Origin: a bacterium
GTDB lineage: Bacteria; Bdellovibrionota; UBA2428
DNA: 64,000 nucleotides
Assembly: GCA_009991595.1 (NCBI GenBank)
Contig: JAACVK010000027.1
Span: forward strand, 22,587-86,586
Direction of reading: 5' to 3'
Each line of letters begins with the position of its first letter. Position 1 is the stretch's first letter. This document shows positions 20,185 through 30,407 of the stretch, piece after piece. The position numbers and the translations under genes are program-made. The notes below the pieces were generated by a model that made no database searches, was not told the origin of the DNA, and saw nothing but the letters and a program-made list of their open reading frames with translations.

Positions 20185-20556
20185 ATGCCGACCATTAACC
20201 AGCTTGTCCGTCAGGGGCGAAAGCAGATTAAAACTAAGTCAAAGTCTCCGGCTTTGGCCAATTGTCCTCAACGTCGCGGAGTTTGTACTCGTGTTTATAC
20301 TGCGACACCTAAAAAGCCGAACTCGGCTCTTAGAAAAGTTTGTCGTGTAAAACTGACAAACGGTTTTGAAGTTTCTTCTTACATTCCAGGTGTGGGTCAC
20401 AACCTTCAAGAACACTCTGTTGTTTTGATTCGTGGAGGTCGAGTTAAAGATCTTCCCGGTGTTCGATATCACGTTGTTCGCGGCGCACTAGATACTCAAG
20501 GCGTTGCCAATCGTAAACAAAGCCGCTCTAAATATGGCGCAAAAAAAGGTAAGTAA
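20185..20556 (+). CDS. rpsL: 30S ribosomal protein S12
   Basis: [13 protein letters not shown]...[11 protein letters not shown]...[13 protein letters not shown]. Confidence 0.98.
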   Translation: MPTINQLVRQGRKQIKTKSKSPALANCPQRRGVCTRVYTATPKKPNSALRKVCRVKLTNGFEVSSYIPGVGHNLQEHSVVLIRGGRVKDLPGVRYHVVRGALDTQGVANRKQSRSKYGAKKGK

Positions 20557-21030
<474 letters not shown>

Positions 21031-21061
21031 GTCTTTAAGAATTAGTTGATTGTAAAAATGG

Positions 21062-21097
21062 AAGTCCCCATCGAGTTTACTCGGTGGGGACTTTTTT
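21062..21097 (+). terminator. Strong intrinsic terminator between rpsG and fusA
   Basis: ~14-bp stem aagtccccatcgag / ctcggtggggactt with loop ttta, followed by tttttt. Confidence 0.75.
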
Positions 21098-21161
21098 ATT
21101 GTATTTGCTCTACTATGGATAGATTTATTGGTTCTCAAAGTGTGATAATAATAGAACTATT

Positions 21162-23261
21162 GTGGCCACCCCAAAACGAGTACCCCTAGAAGACCTTCGA
21201 AATATTGGAATCATCGCGCATATTGATGCTGGAAAAACGACAACGACGGAGCGAATCCTGTTTTATTCTGGGATCACACATAAGCTGGGTGAAGTTCATG
21301 ACGGAGCTGCCGTAATGGATTGGATGGAGCAAGAAAAAGAACGCGGCATTACGATTACATCAGCAGCCACGAGCTGTTATTGGGGAAAGAATAGAATCAA
21401 TATCATCGATACTCCTGGCCACGTAGATTTTACGGTAGAGGTTGAGCGTTCTTTGCGAGTTCTGGACGGAGCCGTGGGAGTTTTTTGTGCAGTTGGCGGG
21501 GTGGAGCCTCAGTCTGAAACGGTTTGGCGCCAGGCAGATCGCTACAGAGTTCCTAGATTGGCCTATGTTAATAAGATGGATCGAGTGGGAGCTGATTATG
21601 GTTCGGTCTTTGAGCAGCTTAAATCTATTCTCGGGGCTCGCCCAGTGAGAATAAATCTTCCCATAGGGGCTGAAGATACGTTTGAAGGAATCGTAGATCT
21701 TGTAAAGATGAAAGCCGTTTACTGGGACGATTCTACTGTGGGGGTTCAGTTTGAAGAGAGAGAGATTCCTGCGGGAATGTTGGAAGAAGCTAAGGCGGCT
21801 CGTGTAGAAATGATTGAAGTTGCTGCCGAGGCAGAAGATGCTCTGATGGAAAAATATCTTGAAGGTCTGGAGCTTTCTGTTGATGAAATAAAGAAGGGTC
21901 TTCGTAAATCTTGTGTGGCTTTGAACTGTGTTCCTATGTTGTGCGGCTCTTCTTTTAAGAACAAAGGAGTGCAGTTGTTGTTAGATGCGGTCATTGATTT
22001 TCTTCCGAGTCCTTTAGAGGTTCCACCGGTTGAGGGCTTTGATCCGAAACATCCGGACAAACTTATTTTACGCTCCGCTAGAGAGGATAATGGCTTTTCT
22101 GCCCTGGCCTTTAAAATTTCACACGATTCGTTTGTGGGTGCTTTGACTTACCTACGTATTTATTCCGGAAAAATTGAAATCAACAAAAGTGCATTGAACG
22201 TAAGGACAGGTAAGAAGGAGCGAATTTCTCGGTTACTTCAGATGCATTCCAATAAGAGAGAAGAATTGAAGTTTGCAGAGGCAGGAGACATCGTTGCTGC
22301 TGTTGGAATGAGGCACACAGTAACAGGAGACACTCTTTGTGATGAGAAGAAACCTGTGAGTTTTGAGTCGATGGTTTTCCCTGATCCAGTAATTAGTATT
22401 GCGATTGAGGCGAAGAGTAAGGCGGACGATGAAAAGCTACAAGAAGCTTTGTCTAAAATGGCTATGGAAGACCCTACTTTTAAAATTAGTTATAACGATG
22501 ATACAGGGCAGGTGTTGATCTCTGGTATGGGGGAATTGCACTTAGAAATCATTGTGGATCGCCTATTCCGAGAGCATAAGGTTAATGCAAATATTGGCAA
22601 GCCTCAGGTTGCTTACAAAGAAACTATTTCTAAAAAGGCGAGCACCACTAAGGAAATACACAAGAACATGAATGGCAAAGATCAGTTCGGCGTCGTTGGA
22701 CTTGAATTGAGACCAAAGACACGTGCAACGGGAACTTCTGTGTTGTCAGAACTTTCAAAGGGAACTTTGCCACAAGATCTTGAGAAAGCCATTGTTAGAA
22801 ATCTTGAAACCCTTTTGGGTTGTGGTGCTTTGGCGGGATATTCGCTTACAGATGTTGAGATTGCGTTGGTTTCAAGTCGCTTTGAAGAAAATCTAAGTCA
22901 TGAGCTTGCTTACTTTCAGGCGGCGTCTATTGCGATGAAAGAGGCTTTGGATAGAGCCGGCCCAAAATTACTGGAACCTATTATGAAGATTCAAGTGATT
23001 GCCCCTGAAACGAATATTGGGGATGTAATCTCTGACATGAATGGGCGTAGAGGGCGAATTCTGAGCATTGATGCGAAAAGTTCTGACATTCAAGTGTTGA
23101 ATGCGGAGGTTCCTTTGTCCGAGGTTTTTGGGTATTCAACAGATTTGAGAAGTCGCACCCAGGGACGAGGCACTTTCTCGATGGAGTTTGACCGTTACGA
23201 CGAGATGCCTCCAAATGTCGAAAAAGTAGTCATTCAAAAACTGACTGGCTTGAGTTCGTAA
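21162..23261 (+). CDS. fusA: Elongation factor G
   Basis: 699 aa with [23 protein letters not shown] and NKMD. GTG start with no obvious SD. Confidence 0.95.
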   Translation: MATPKRVPLEDLRNIGIIAHIDAGKTTTTERILFYSGITHKLGEVHDGAAVMDWMEQEKERGITITSAATSCYWGKNRINIIDTPGHVDFTVEVERSLRVLDGAVGVFCAVGGVEPQSETVWRQADRYRVPRLAYVNKMDRVGADYGSVFEQLKSILGARPVRINLPIGAEDTFEGIVDLVKMKAVYWDDSTVGVQFEEREIPAGMLEEAKAARVEMIEVAAEAEDALMEKYLEGLELSVDEIKKGLRKSCVALNCVPMLCGSSFKNKGVQLLLDAVIDFLPSPLEVPPVEGFDPKHPDKLILRSAREDNGFSALAFKISHDSFVGALTYLRIYSGKIEINKSALNVRTGKKERISRLLQMHSNKREELKFAEAGDIVAAVGMRHTVTGDTLCDEKKPVSFESMVFPDPVISIAIEAKSKADDEKLQEALSKMAMEDPTFKISYNDDTGQVLISGMGELHLEIIVDRLFREHKVNANIGKPQVAYKETISKKASTTKEIHKNMNGKDQFGVVGLELRPKTRATGTSVLSELSKGTLPQDLEKAIVRNLETLLGCGALAGYSLTDVEIALVSSRFEENLSHELAYFQAASIAMKEALDRAGPKLLEPIMKIQVIAPETNIGDVISDMNGRRGRILSIDAKSSDIQVLNAEVPLSEVFGYSTDLRSRTQGRGTFSMEFDRYDEMPPNVEKVVIQKLTGLSS

Positions 23262-23381
23262 AGACTTCGTTAAGAGTCCGTTAAGTTTTTGTAAATATTG
23301 GCTATTCAAGTCTTTTTTTGTCCACTCGAGTCAATTTGCCTGACATAATTCCGATAAGAATAGGTAGGACGTGGGTTTTAT

Positions 23382-24266
23382 ATGAGCGAGGCAAAAAAAT
23401 TCAAAAGTAAGGAGACCTCTCTCTTCGGGGAGGATGCGGCCTCGGCAGAGGCTTTGGAGCGTCTTGCTATGCTACGAATTCAGCTTTCTCCCAAATACAG
23501 CGCTTGGCTCAATAGTGCTGAAGAACACATAAACGACGGTCATTTTAATTTAGATATTCTCCAATATTACTCAACGGCCGTGCCGTTAGTTATGCAGCGA
23601 GAAAAAAATCGTCGAAGCGAATTTTTTAGAAGAATTGGGAATGCTTTTTGTTTGTTTGTCACCTTACCAATGTGGCTTCCTCTTGGTTTGATTGCGGCCT
23701 TGGCCGTTAAGTTGGAGAGTAGGGGGCCAGTTTTTTATAAGCAACTTAGAATGGGGCTCAACGGTGTTCCATTCTGGGTTTTTAAATTTAGAACGATGTA
23801 CGAAGGCTCCGAGACTAAGAAGCCTAAGGGCATTCCTTTATTTAAGTATGAAGATGACCCACGGGTGACTCGAGTTGGACGAGTTTTGAGGCGAAGAAAG
23901 CTTGATGAAATCCCTCAACTGCTAAACGTGATTAGAGGAGAGATGTCCGTTGTTGGGCCTAGGCCTTTGTCTCTCAGTGATAGTCTTTCTATACCGAGAA
24001 AATATTTTTCAAGATTCTCTACGCCTCCAGGGATTACGGGTTTGTGGCAGGTGAGGCGACCTTTTACAAATGTTTCAAACCTGAAGCTAGCTCTTGATTG
24101 TTTATACGCTAAGAAGCAGTCCACTTGGCTTGATACGGTTATCATCTTTGCCACTATTTCGGTGATGCTTAAGGGGGAGCGCTTTTCTGAGGAAAGGGTG
24201 ACTCCTCCCGAGGCAAGTCAGGGTGAATCCAAGAATAATCCCCCTGCCCTCCGTAGGGTGAAATAG
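23382..24266 (+). CDS. Polyprenyl-phosphate sugar-phosphate transferase (bacterial sugar transferase family, WbaP/PglC-like)
   Basis: 294 aa; TM helix then ESRGPVFYKQLRMGLNGVPFWVFKFRTM...DPRVTRVGRVLRRRKLDEIPQLLNVIRGEMSVVGPRPL. Confidence 0.85.
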   Translation: MSEAKKFKSKETSLFGEDAASAEALERLAMLRIQLSPKYSAWLNSAEEHINDGHFNLDILQYYSTAVPLVMQREKNRRSEFFRRIGNAFCLFVTLPMWLPLGLIAALAVKLESRGPVFYKQLRMGLNGVPFWVFKFRTMYEGSETKKPKGIPLFKYEDDPRVTRVGRVLRRRKLDEIPQLLNVIRGEMSVVGPRPLSLSDSLSIPRKYFSRFSTPPGITGLWQVRRPFTNVSNLKLALDCLYAKKQSTWLDTVIIFATISVMLKGERFSEERVTPPEASQGESKNNPPALRRVK

Positions 24267-24454
24267 TTTTTTAGTGGAGCCTCTTCTTCCTCTTGTGCTC
24301 AGCAAGCTGAATATTTTGAATAGTTAAAAGCTTGAATTCATGGATTTCTTTGAACTTAAGGCTCGGTAATCAGCGCATCTGCAGCCCTTTCTTGACGCAC
24401 CTTGTCTCCGGCTAATTGTCTGAAAAAAATATAAAAAAACCTGTCATTTAATCC

Positions 24455-24483
24455 TTGAAGCTGTTGAGTTTCGTGTCTATAAA
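24455..24483 (+). promoter_or_regulatory. Candidate S10-operon promoter
   Basis: TTGAAG (24455-24460), 17-nt spacer, TATAAA (24478-24483). An A-rich UP-like tract lies at 24423-24439. Confidence 0.45.
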
Positions 24484-24542
24484 GCCCCTTCGCCAAGCTT
24501 ATTGGTTCTTTGAAAGTCAAAAGTGAGGAAAGTGAAACTTAT

Positions 24543-24851
24543 ATGAGAGTACAAAAAATTCGTATCAAGCTAAAAGCATTCGACAGTCGCCTGTTGGACA
24601 CGGCGGTTTCTTCTATTTTAGAAACTGTTAAACGTACAGGTGCAGAGGTTGCCGGTCCGATACCGCTGCCTACATCCATTAACCGATTTACAGTATTGAG
24701 AAGCCCTCACATTGACAAGAAAAGCCGTGAGCAGTTCGAAGTAAGAACGCACAAAAGGCTAATTGATATTATTGAGCCGAATCAACAAACCGTAGATTCG
24801 CTGATGAAGTTAGATCTATCAGCGGGTGTAGATGTTGAGATTAAACTTTAA
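24543..24851 (+). CDS. rpsJ: 30S ribosomal protein S10
   Basis: 102 aa from the ATG at 24543; [19 protein letters not shown] matches the S10 N-terminus. The track ORF starts at an upstream TTG. Confidence 0.96.
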   Translation: MRVQKIRIKLKAFDSRLLDTAVSSILETVKRTGAEVAGPIPLPTSINRFTVLRSPHIDKKSREQFEVRTHKRLIDIIEPNQQTVDSLMKLDLSAGVDVEIKL

Positions 24852-24863
24852 GGAAATTTGAAG

Positions 24864-25511
24864 ATGAGTATTAAAGTTCCAGTCATAGACCTGAAGGGAA
24901 AAGAAAAGGGTAGCCAAGATGTCTTGGAAACTCTTTTCGGAATTGAGCCCAATGAAATCGCTGTTCAAAGCGTTTGCAAGGGGCAGCTTTTTCGCTTCTA
25001 TAAAAAAACCGCAACAACCAAAGGCCGCTCGGCTGTAAGTGGTGGTGGTAAAAAAATTCGTAAGCAAAAGGGTAGTGGTCGAGCTCGACAGGGCGGAAAC
25101 CGTGGACCTCAATTTGTTGGTGGTGGCGTGGTGTTCGGCCCTACCGGGATTAAACGCGACTATAAAGTGAACCGTAAGTTGAAGAAGCTTGCGTTAGCTT
25201 CTGCGCTTTCAGACAGGCAGAACGGCGGCCAAATTCGCATTCTTGGTGAAGAGGTTACTGCTCAGAAGACGCAGCCACTTTGTGCGATGTTAAAGGCTCT
25301 AAGTTTGAACAACGCGCGAGTTGCATTTGTTGTTTCTGAAAAAGACGATCTGAATCTGATTCGATCAATTCGAAACATGCCTAGAGTAGACGTTCTTACT
25401 GAAGAAAAGTGGACACCGCTTGATGTTGTTAAAACTGATAGCGTAATCTTTTCTAAGGCTGGTCTTGATAAGCTTACTCGAAGCTTTTCAAGAGAGGGAG
25501 CTAAGAAATGA
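24864..25511 (+). CDS. rplD: 50S ribosomal protein L4
   Basis: 215 aa; GGGKKIRKQKGSGRARQGGNRGPQFVGGGVVFGP. Starts 12 nt after the rpsJ stop. Confidence 0.95.
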   Translation: MSIKVPVIDLKGKEKGSQDVLETLFGIEPNEIAVQSVCKGQLFRFYKKTATTKGRSAVSGGGKKIRKQKGSGRARQGGNRGPQFVGGGVVFGPTGIKRDYKVNRKLKKLALASALSDRQNGGQIRILGEEVTAQKTQPLCAMLKALSLNNARVAFVVSEKDDLNLIRSIRNMPRVDVLTEEKWTPLDVVKTDSVIFSKAGLDKLTRSFSREGAKK

Positions 25512-25789
25512 AGTTAGATTTAGATGCAGTTATTCAGCCGATGGTGACTGAAAAGTCCTCTCAGCGTGAAGCCACTTTTAATGAATATGCTGTTGTTGTG
25601 GATAAAAAATTTACAAAGCTTCAGATTAAAGACGCTATAGAGAAGATTTTTGGAGTTCGACCTTTAGAGGTTCGCACTTCAATTTTCAGAAAAAAAATCA
25701 AACGAAGTCGCTATGGAATTACGCAACCTAAAAGCTATAAAAAGGCTTTGGTTCGTCTTCCAGAGGGAAAGCGTTTAGAGGTTAAGTGA
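25508..25789 (+). CDS. rplW: 50S ribosomal protein L23
   Basis: 93 aa; PMVTEKSS...KKFTKLQIKDAIEKIFGV. Its position after rplD is canonical. Confidence 0.95.
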   Translation: MKLDLDAVIQPMVTEKSSQREATFNEYAVVVDKKFTKLQIKDAIEKIFGVRPLEVRTSIFRKKIKRSRYGITQPKSYKKALVRLPEGKRLEVK

Positions 25790-25797
25790 GATAATTA

Positions 25798-26643
25798 ATG
25801 AAGAATTTTAGACCAACATCTCCATCACGACGAAAAATGACAGTGGAAAGCTTCGACACGTTGGAAAAGACGAGTGAGCTTCCGAAGTCGCTATTGACGA
25901 ACGTTTCTAATAAAGTCGGACGAAATAACCGTGGGGTTATCACCAGCCGCTTTCGAGGGGGCGGGCACAAGCGTCTTTATAGAATTGTTTCTTTTAGGCG
26001 TAAGCATCAGGGCGTATTGGCCACTGTAGCAGGTCTTTTTTATGATCCATACAGAAGTGCTCGTTTGGCGCTTCTTAATTATACAAACGGTGCCAAGTGC
26101 TTAATTATTGCACCTGTTGGCCTAAAAAAGGGCGACAAAGTTGAAACTGGGCCGGAGGCTGATATCAAGCCAGGGAATGCTCTTCCGTTGGCGAATATTC
26201 CAGTGGGTTCGGTTCTTCATTGCATTGAGTTGCAGCCCGGAAAAGGGGCTCAGTTGGCCCGTGGAGCTGGCTCCTCGGTGAACCTTTTGGGTAAAGATGG
26301 AAAAAATGCTCAGCTTAAACTTCCTAGTGGGGAAGTTAGAATGGTCAGCTTGGATTGCTATGCAACCATTGGCCAGGTTGGAAATATTGAGCATGAAGGA
26401 CGTGTGATTGGTAAAGCTGGTCGTACACGTTGGTTAGGGCGTAGGCCTCATAACCGTGGAACAACAATGAACCCTGTAGATCACCCTCATGGTGGTGGTG
26501 AAGGGCGAACTGCTGGGGGTCGTAATCCTGTTACGCCCTGGGGTAAGCCGACTAAGGGATATAAAACGCGAAATCGTAAGAAGAATGGTTCAATGATTCT
26601 TCGTGGTCGTCCTCGCGGTAAGCAAACTGGATCAAGGAAGTGA
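25798..26643 (+). CDS. rplB: 50S ribosomal protein L2
   Basis: 281 aa; [19 protein letters not shown]...[14 protein letters not shown]. Confidence 0.98.
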   Translation: MKNFRPTSPSRRKMTVESFDTLEKTSELPKSLLTNVSNKVGRNNRGVITSRFRGGGHKRLYRIVSFRRKHQGVLATVAGLFYDPYRSARLALLNYTNGAKCLIIAPVGLKKGDKVETGPEADIKPGNALPLANIPVGSVLHCIELQPGKGAQLARGAGSSVNLLGKDGKNAQLKLPSGEVRMVSLDCYATIGQVGNIEHEGRVIGKAGRTRWLGRRPHNRGTTMNPVDHPHGGGEGRTAGGRNPVTPWGKPTKGYKTRNRKKNGSMILRGRPRGKQTGSRK

Positions 26644-26655
26644 GGCAATAGATAG

Positions 26656-26934
26656 ATGGCTCGTTCATTAAAAAAAGGTCCTTACATTCATTATTCTCTG
26701 GAAACAAAGATTAGGAATGCAAAGGGTAAAAAAACAGTAATTAAAACTTGGTCAAGAGCTTCAACCATTACTCCCGACGCTGTGGGGTTGTCGTTTGCGG
26801 TTCACAACGGAAATAAATTTGTACCCGTTTATGTCTCTGAAAATATGGTCGGACATAAGTATGGCGAATTTGCTCCAACTCGTCGCTTTGGTGGTCACAC
26901 TGCCAGCGACAAGAAGGCAGCTGGGAAGAAGTAG
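26656..26934 (+). CDS. rpsS: 30S ribosomal protein S19
   Basis: 92 aa; [11 protein letters not shown]...[27 protein letters not shown]. Confidence 0.98.
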   Translation: MARSLKKGPYIHYSLETKIRNAKGKKTVIKTWSRASTITPDAVGLSFAVHNGNKFVPVYVSENMVGHKYGEFAPTRRFGGHTASDKKAAGKK

Positions 26935-26947
26935 GAGAAGGTAAATC

Positions 26948-27424
26948 ATGGCTCATGCAAATGCTAAAGATATAACTGCGGCTACAGCTAAGCTCTCTAA
27001 CGCTTTTGTTTCACCTCAGCGTTGTCGAATTGTTGCTGATATTGTTCGAGGTGAAAGTCTCGAAAATGCAAACCGTAACTTGCTCTTGGAGAAGAAGAAA
27101 TCAGGAAAGCTTATTCTTAAGCTTTTGAGATCGGCTACCGCAAATGCTCAACAAAAGGGGACTGCGGACCTTCAACGATTGTATGTAAGTGAGCTACGTG
27201 TTGATGAGGGCCCTCGAATTAAGCGTCATATGCCAAGAGCTCAAGGGCGTGCAGATGTTCGTTTAACAAGAACTTCTCACATCTTCTTGCGTTTATCCGA
27301 GAAATCTTCAAAGGCTACCAAGAGTGTGTCTGCTAAAAAGGTTTCTGCAGGAAAGAAGAAAGTTACAAAGAAGAAGTCTGCCTCTAAGGCGACTGCTAAG
27401 AAGAAAACGGGAGTTAAGAAGTAA
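26948..27424 (+). CDS. rplV: 50S ribosomal protein L22 with Lys-rich C-terminal tail
   Basis: 158 aa. The L22 core runs to about residue 116, followed by a ~42-aa tail [37 protein letters not shown]. Confidence 0.93.
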   Translation: MAHANAKDITAATAKLSNAFVSPQRCRIVADIVRGESLENANRNLLLEKKKSGKLILKLLRSATANAQQKGTADLQRLYVSELRVDEGPRIKRHMPRAQGRADVRLTRTSHIFLRLSEKSSKATKSVSAKKVSAGKKKVTKKKSASKATAKKKTGVKK

Positions 27425-28122
27425 TGGGTCAAAAAACGCATCCGATTGGATTTCGAATTGGTGTAACAAAGCCTTGGTTATCGAGATGGTACGCTGAAAA
27501 GAATTTTGCGAAGTTTCTTGATGAAGATATCCGAGTTCGCAAATTCGTGAAGAAAAAGCTTTTTAACTCTGGTGTTTCGCGTATTGAAATTGAAAGAGCC
27601 GCAAACAAGTTGAGAATCAACGTTTTCTCAGCTCGTCCAGGTTTGGCGATTGGTAAAAAAGGCGCTGGCATTGAGCAGTTGAGAGCTGAAGTAGGGAAAT
27701 TGATTGGAAAAACTCCTGAAGAGGTTTTCTTAAATGTGACTGAAGTGCGTAAGGCAGAGGCTGATGCACAATTGGTAGCAGAAAACATTGCTAACCAACT
27801 TGAGCGACGCGTGTCCTATCGTCGTGCAATGAAAAAAGCCCTACAACAAGCTAAAAAGTTTGGTGTAAAAGGCATTAAGTTGCGTGTTGGTGGTCGATTG
27901 GGCGGAGCTGAAATTGCTCGTACAGATGGGTATTCAGAGGGTTCAGTTCCTCTTCACACCCTTAGAGCGGATATTGAATTTGGTTTTGCGGAAGCAAAAA
28001 CTACTTATGGAATTATTGGTGTTAAGTGTTGGATCAATAAAGGGGAAGTCGATATGAGGACTCGTTTGGGTCGTCAAAGATCAGCGACAGCTGCGGTTAT
28101 CCCCGGAGCGCCGGTAGTATAG
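27424..28122 (+). CDS. rpsC: 30S ribosomal protein S3
   Basis: 232 aa; [14 protein letters not shown]...; KH domain. Confidence 0.98.
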   Translation: MGQKTHPIGFRIGVTKPWLSRWYAEKNFAKFLDEDIRVRKFVKKKLFNSGVSRIEIERAANKLRINVFSARPGLAIGKKGAGIEQLRAEVGKLIGKTPEEVFLNVTEVRKAEADAQLVAENIANQLERRVSYRRAMKKALQQAKKFGVKGIKLRVGGRLGGAEIARTDGYSEGSVPLHTLRADIEFGFAEAKTTYGIIGVKCWINKGEVDMRTRLGRQRSATAAVIPGAPVV

Positions 28123-28135
28123 GAGACTTTGAGAG

Positions 28136-28555
28136 ATGTTATCACCTAAGAAAGTAAAATGGAGAAAGGTCCAAACGGGCCGAACTCGTGGAAAAGCAAC
28201 TCGTGGAAATAAGCTCTCCTTTGGGGAGTTTGGATTACAGGCCTTGGAGCCAGGTCGTATTACTGCTCGTCAAATTGAAGCAAGTCGTATTGCTATGACA
28301 AGAGCGATTAAACGTGGCGGAAAAGTTTGGATTCGAATTTTTCCTCAAAAGCCCGTTACCGTAAAACCTGCTGAAACTCGAATGGGTTCAGGTAAAGGAA
28401 ATCCAGAGTTCTGGGTTGCCGTCGTAAAACCGGGAACAGTTTTATTTGAGATGGAAGGTGTTTCTCAAGAATTGGCCTACAAGGCCTTCAATCTTGCGCT
28501 TCATAAACTTCCAATTAAGACCAAGAAAATTACTCGATCAGAGATGGTTGTTTAA
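28136..28555 (+). CDS. rplP: 50S ribosomal protein L16
   Basis: 139 aa; [11 protein letters not shown]...[15 protein letters not shown]. Confidence 0.98.
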   Translation: MLSPKKVKWRKVQTGRTRGKATRGNKLSFGEFGLQALEPGRITARQIEASRIAMTRAIKRGGKVWIRIFPQKPVTVKPAETRMGSGKGNPEFWVAVVKPGTVLFEMEGVSQELAYKAFNLALHKLPIKTKKITRSEMVV

Positions 28556-28568
28556 GGGAGATTGAAAG

Positions 28569-28859
28569 ATGGCTGCAAAAAAGAAAGTTACAGCAAAAAA
28601 AGCGGCTCCTAAGAAAGCTGCTGTAAAGAAAAAGCCCGCTGCTAAGAAAAAGACTGCTGCTAAGAAAAACACTACTGCGGCCCCTAAGAAGGCTGTTGCG
28701 GCTGACTTAGCAACTCTTGATCGAAAAGCTCTCGCGGGCAGAGCTAGAGAAATTAAAAGAGAGCTTATGGCTATTCGTTTTAATCTACAGTCACCAAGTT
28801 TGGCTGATTATCGAAAAAAGAAGAAAGAGCTTTCAAAGGTATTAGGACATTTGTCCTAG
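28569..28859 (+). CDS. rpmC: 50S ribosomal protein L29 with Lys/Ala-rich N-terminal extension
   Basis: 96 aa. A ~44-aa AKKK-repeat N-terminus precedes the L29 core LAGRAREIKRELMAIRFNL. Confidence 0.9.
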   Translation: MAAKKKVTAKKAAPKKAAVKKKPAAKKKTAAKKNTTAAPKKAVAADLATLDRKALAGRAREIKRELMAIRFNLQSPSLADYRKKKKELSKVLGHLS

Positions 28860-28870
28860 GAGTGTAAAAG

Positions 28871-29128
28871 ATGGCTGGAAAAACATTTATAGGAATCGTG
28901 ACAAGTACAAAAATGGACAAGACTCTAGTTGTTTCTGCTGAACGGCAGTTTCAAGAGACTCGTACCGGGAAAATTGTATCTTCAAAAAAGAAGTACAAGG
29001 TTCATTATGAAGCTGCGGATGTTTCTGAAGGGGATCAAGTCCTTTTTACAGAATGCCGGCCGATCAGTAAGCAGAAAAAATTTCGCTTTTTGAAGACAAT
29101 TCGAAAAGCAGAGAAAGTGTTGGCGTAG
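28871..29128 (+). CDS. rpsQ: 30S ribosomal protein S17
   Basis: 85 aa; [14 protein letters not shown]...YKVHYEA...[11 protein letters not shown]. Confidence 0.97.
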   Translation: MAGKTFIGIVTSTKMDKTLVVSAERQFQETRTGKIVSSKKKYKVHYEAADVSEGDQVLFTECRPISKQKKFRFLKTIRKAEKVLA

Positions 29129-29136
29129 GAGTTGAT

Positions 29137-29505
29137 ATGATTCAGCATTGTACACGTTTAAGTGTTGCCGATAACTCAGGAGCTCGTGAGTTGATGTGCA
29201 TCAAAGTTTTGGGTGGTTCAAAGAGGCGTTATGCTTCAGTGGGCGACATCATTGTTTGTGCCGTTAAAGCCGCCACTCCTGAAAGTAAAATTAAAAAAGG
29301 TTCAGTTGTTAAGGCCGTTGTGGTCAGAATCGCTAAAGACCTTAGAAGAGATGATGGTTCTTATATCCGTTTTGACGAGAACGCGGCTGTTGTTTTGAAT
29401 AACAATAAAGAGCCTGTAGGTACTCGTGTATTTGGTCCAGTTGCTAGAGAGCTTCGTGGAGCCGGATATATGAAGATTATTTCTCTAGCTCCGGAGGTGT
29501 TGTAA
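29137..29505 (+). CDS. rplN: 50S ribosomal protein L14
   Basis: 122 aa; [28 protein letters not shown]. Confidence 0.98.
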   Translation: MIQHCTRLSVADNSGARELMCIKVLGGSKRRYASVGDIIVCAVKAATPESKIKKGSVVKAVVVRIAKDLRRDDGSYIRFDENAAVVLNNNKEPVGTRVFGPVARELRGAGYMKIISLAPEVL

Positions 29506-29507
29506 TC

Positions 29508-29819
29508 ATGCAAACCGTTAGACATATAAAGAAGGGCGACAATGTCATCGCACTTTCTGGTAACAACAAAGGGAGTTCTGGAAAAGTTCTTTCTGTTGAT
29601 CAGAAATCTGGTCGAGTTCAGGTTGAGGGCATTGGTATTCAAAAGAAGCACCAAAAGCCGACTCAACAAAACACCAAAGGTGGAATTGTTGAGCAATTGC
29701 GTTGGTGGCCGGCTAGTAAATTTCAAGCCTGTGATTCTTCTGGAAAAGCTTTGGGCCGTACCGGATACGAAATTAAGGATGGAAAGAAGCTTCGAGTTTA
29801 TTCGAAGAAGCGTAAATAA
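29508..29819 (+). CDS. rplX: 50S ribosomal protein L24
   Basis: 103 aa; KOW motif IKKGDNVIALSGNNKGSSGKVL. Confidence 0.96.
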   Translation: MQTVRHIKKGDNVIALSGNNKGSSGKVLSVDQKSGRVQVEGIGIQKKHQKPTQQNTKGGIVEQLRWWPASKFQACDSSGKALGRTGYEIKDGKKLRVYSKKRK

Positions 29820-29829
29820 GGGTTAAGAT

Positions 29830-30405
29830 ATGAGCGAAGCAGCTAGTACAAATTATATTCCTAGGCTTAAGAAGCAGTACGATGAAAGTATCAAAGATAA
29901 ATACTTGAAGTCAGGCAAATACGGGAATGCGATGCAGATCCCTAAGCTTGAAAAGATTGTTTTGTCTTGTTCTTTAAAAGAGGCTCTTCAAAGTCAAAAG
30001 ACTCTTGAAGCTATGGCAAGCGACTTGAGCCAAATTGCCGGTCAAAAAGTTATTTTGAGAAAGTCAAAAAAGGCGATTTCAAACTTTAAACTTCGAGAGA
30101 ATGTGAATATTGGTTGTTCTGTTACCTTAAGAAGACAGAGAATGTGGGACTTTTTGGATCGTTTTATTTCGATTGCTTGTCCTCAAATTCGAGATTTTAA
30201 GGGTTTCCCTGAAAAGAGTTTTGACGGTCGCGGCAATTATTCTTGTGGTCTAAAAGAGCACACGGTGTTTCCGGAAGTTGATTACGATAAAGTTGACAAA
30301 ATCCGAGGGTTTAATATTACAATCGGGACCTCTGCAGTTAATGATTCTGAAGCTTTAGAATTGTTAAAAGATTTGGGTTTTCCCTTTAAGAGGCAAGGAG
30401 TTTAG
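29830..30405 (+). CDS. rplE: 50S ribosomal protein L5
   Basis: 191 aa; RMWDFLDRFISIACPQIRDFKG. Confidence 0.97.
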   Translation: MSEAASTNYIPRLKKQYDESIKDKYLKSGKYGNAMQIPKLEKIVLSCSLKEALQSQKTLEAMASDLSQIAGQKVILRKSKKAISNFKLRENVNIGCSVTLRRQRMWDFLDRFISIACPQIRDFKGFPEKSFDGRGNYSCGLKEHTVFPEVDYDKVDKIRGFNITIGTSAVNDSEALELLKDLGFPFKRQGV

Positions 30406-30407
30406 TT

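Noticed and set aside
21162-23261. Whether the EF-G gene is a divergent EF-G2-type paralogue rather than the housekeeping fusA, given the terminator, its own promoter and the odd start.
   Set aside because: All the G motifs are canonical, and the 699-aa length and position after rpsG are also as expected. I cannot distinguish paralogue classes without an alignment or tree, so I called it fusA.
28575-28700. Repetitive aag/aaa/gct DNA (also at 27330-27421, 37400-37456 and 57546-57660) that could be mistaken for tandem repeats or a degenerate repeat array.
   Set aside because: The repeats are in frame within ribosomal protein genes and encode the AKKK-type tails. They have no spacer/repeat periodicity and no CRISPR-like structure.
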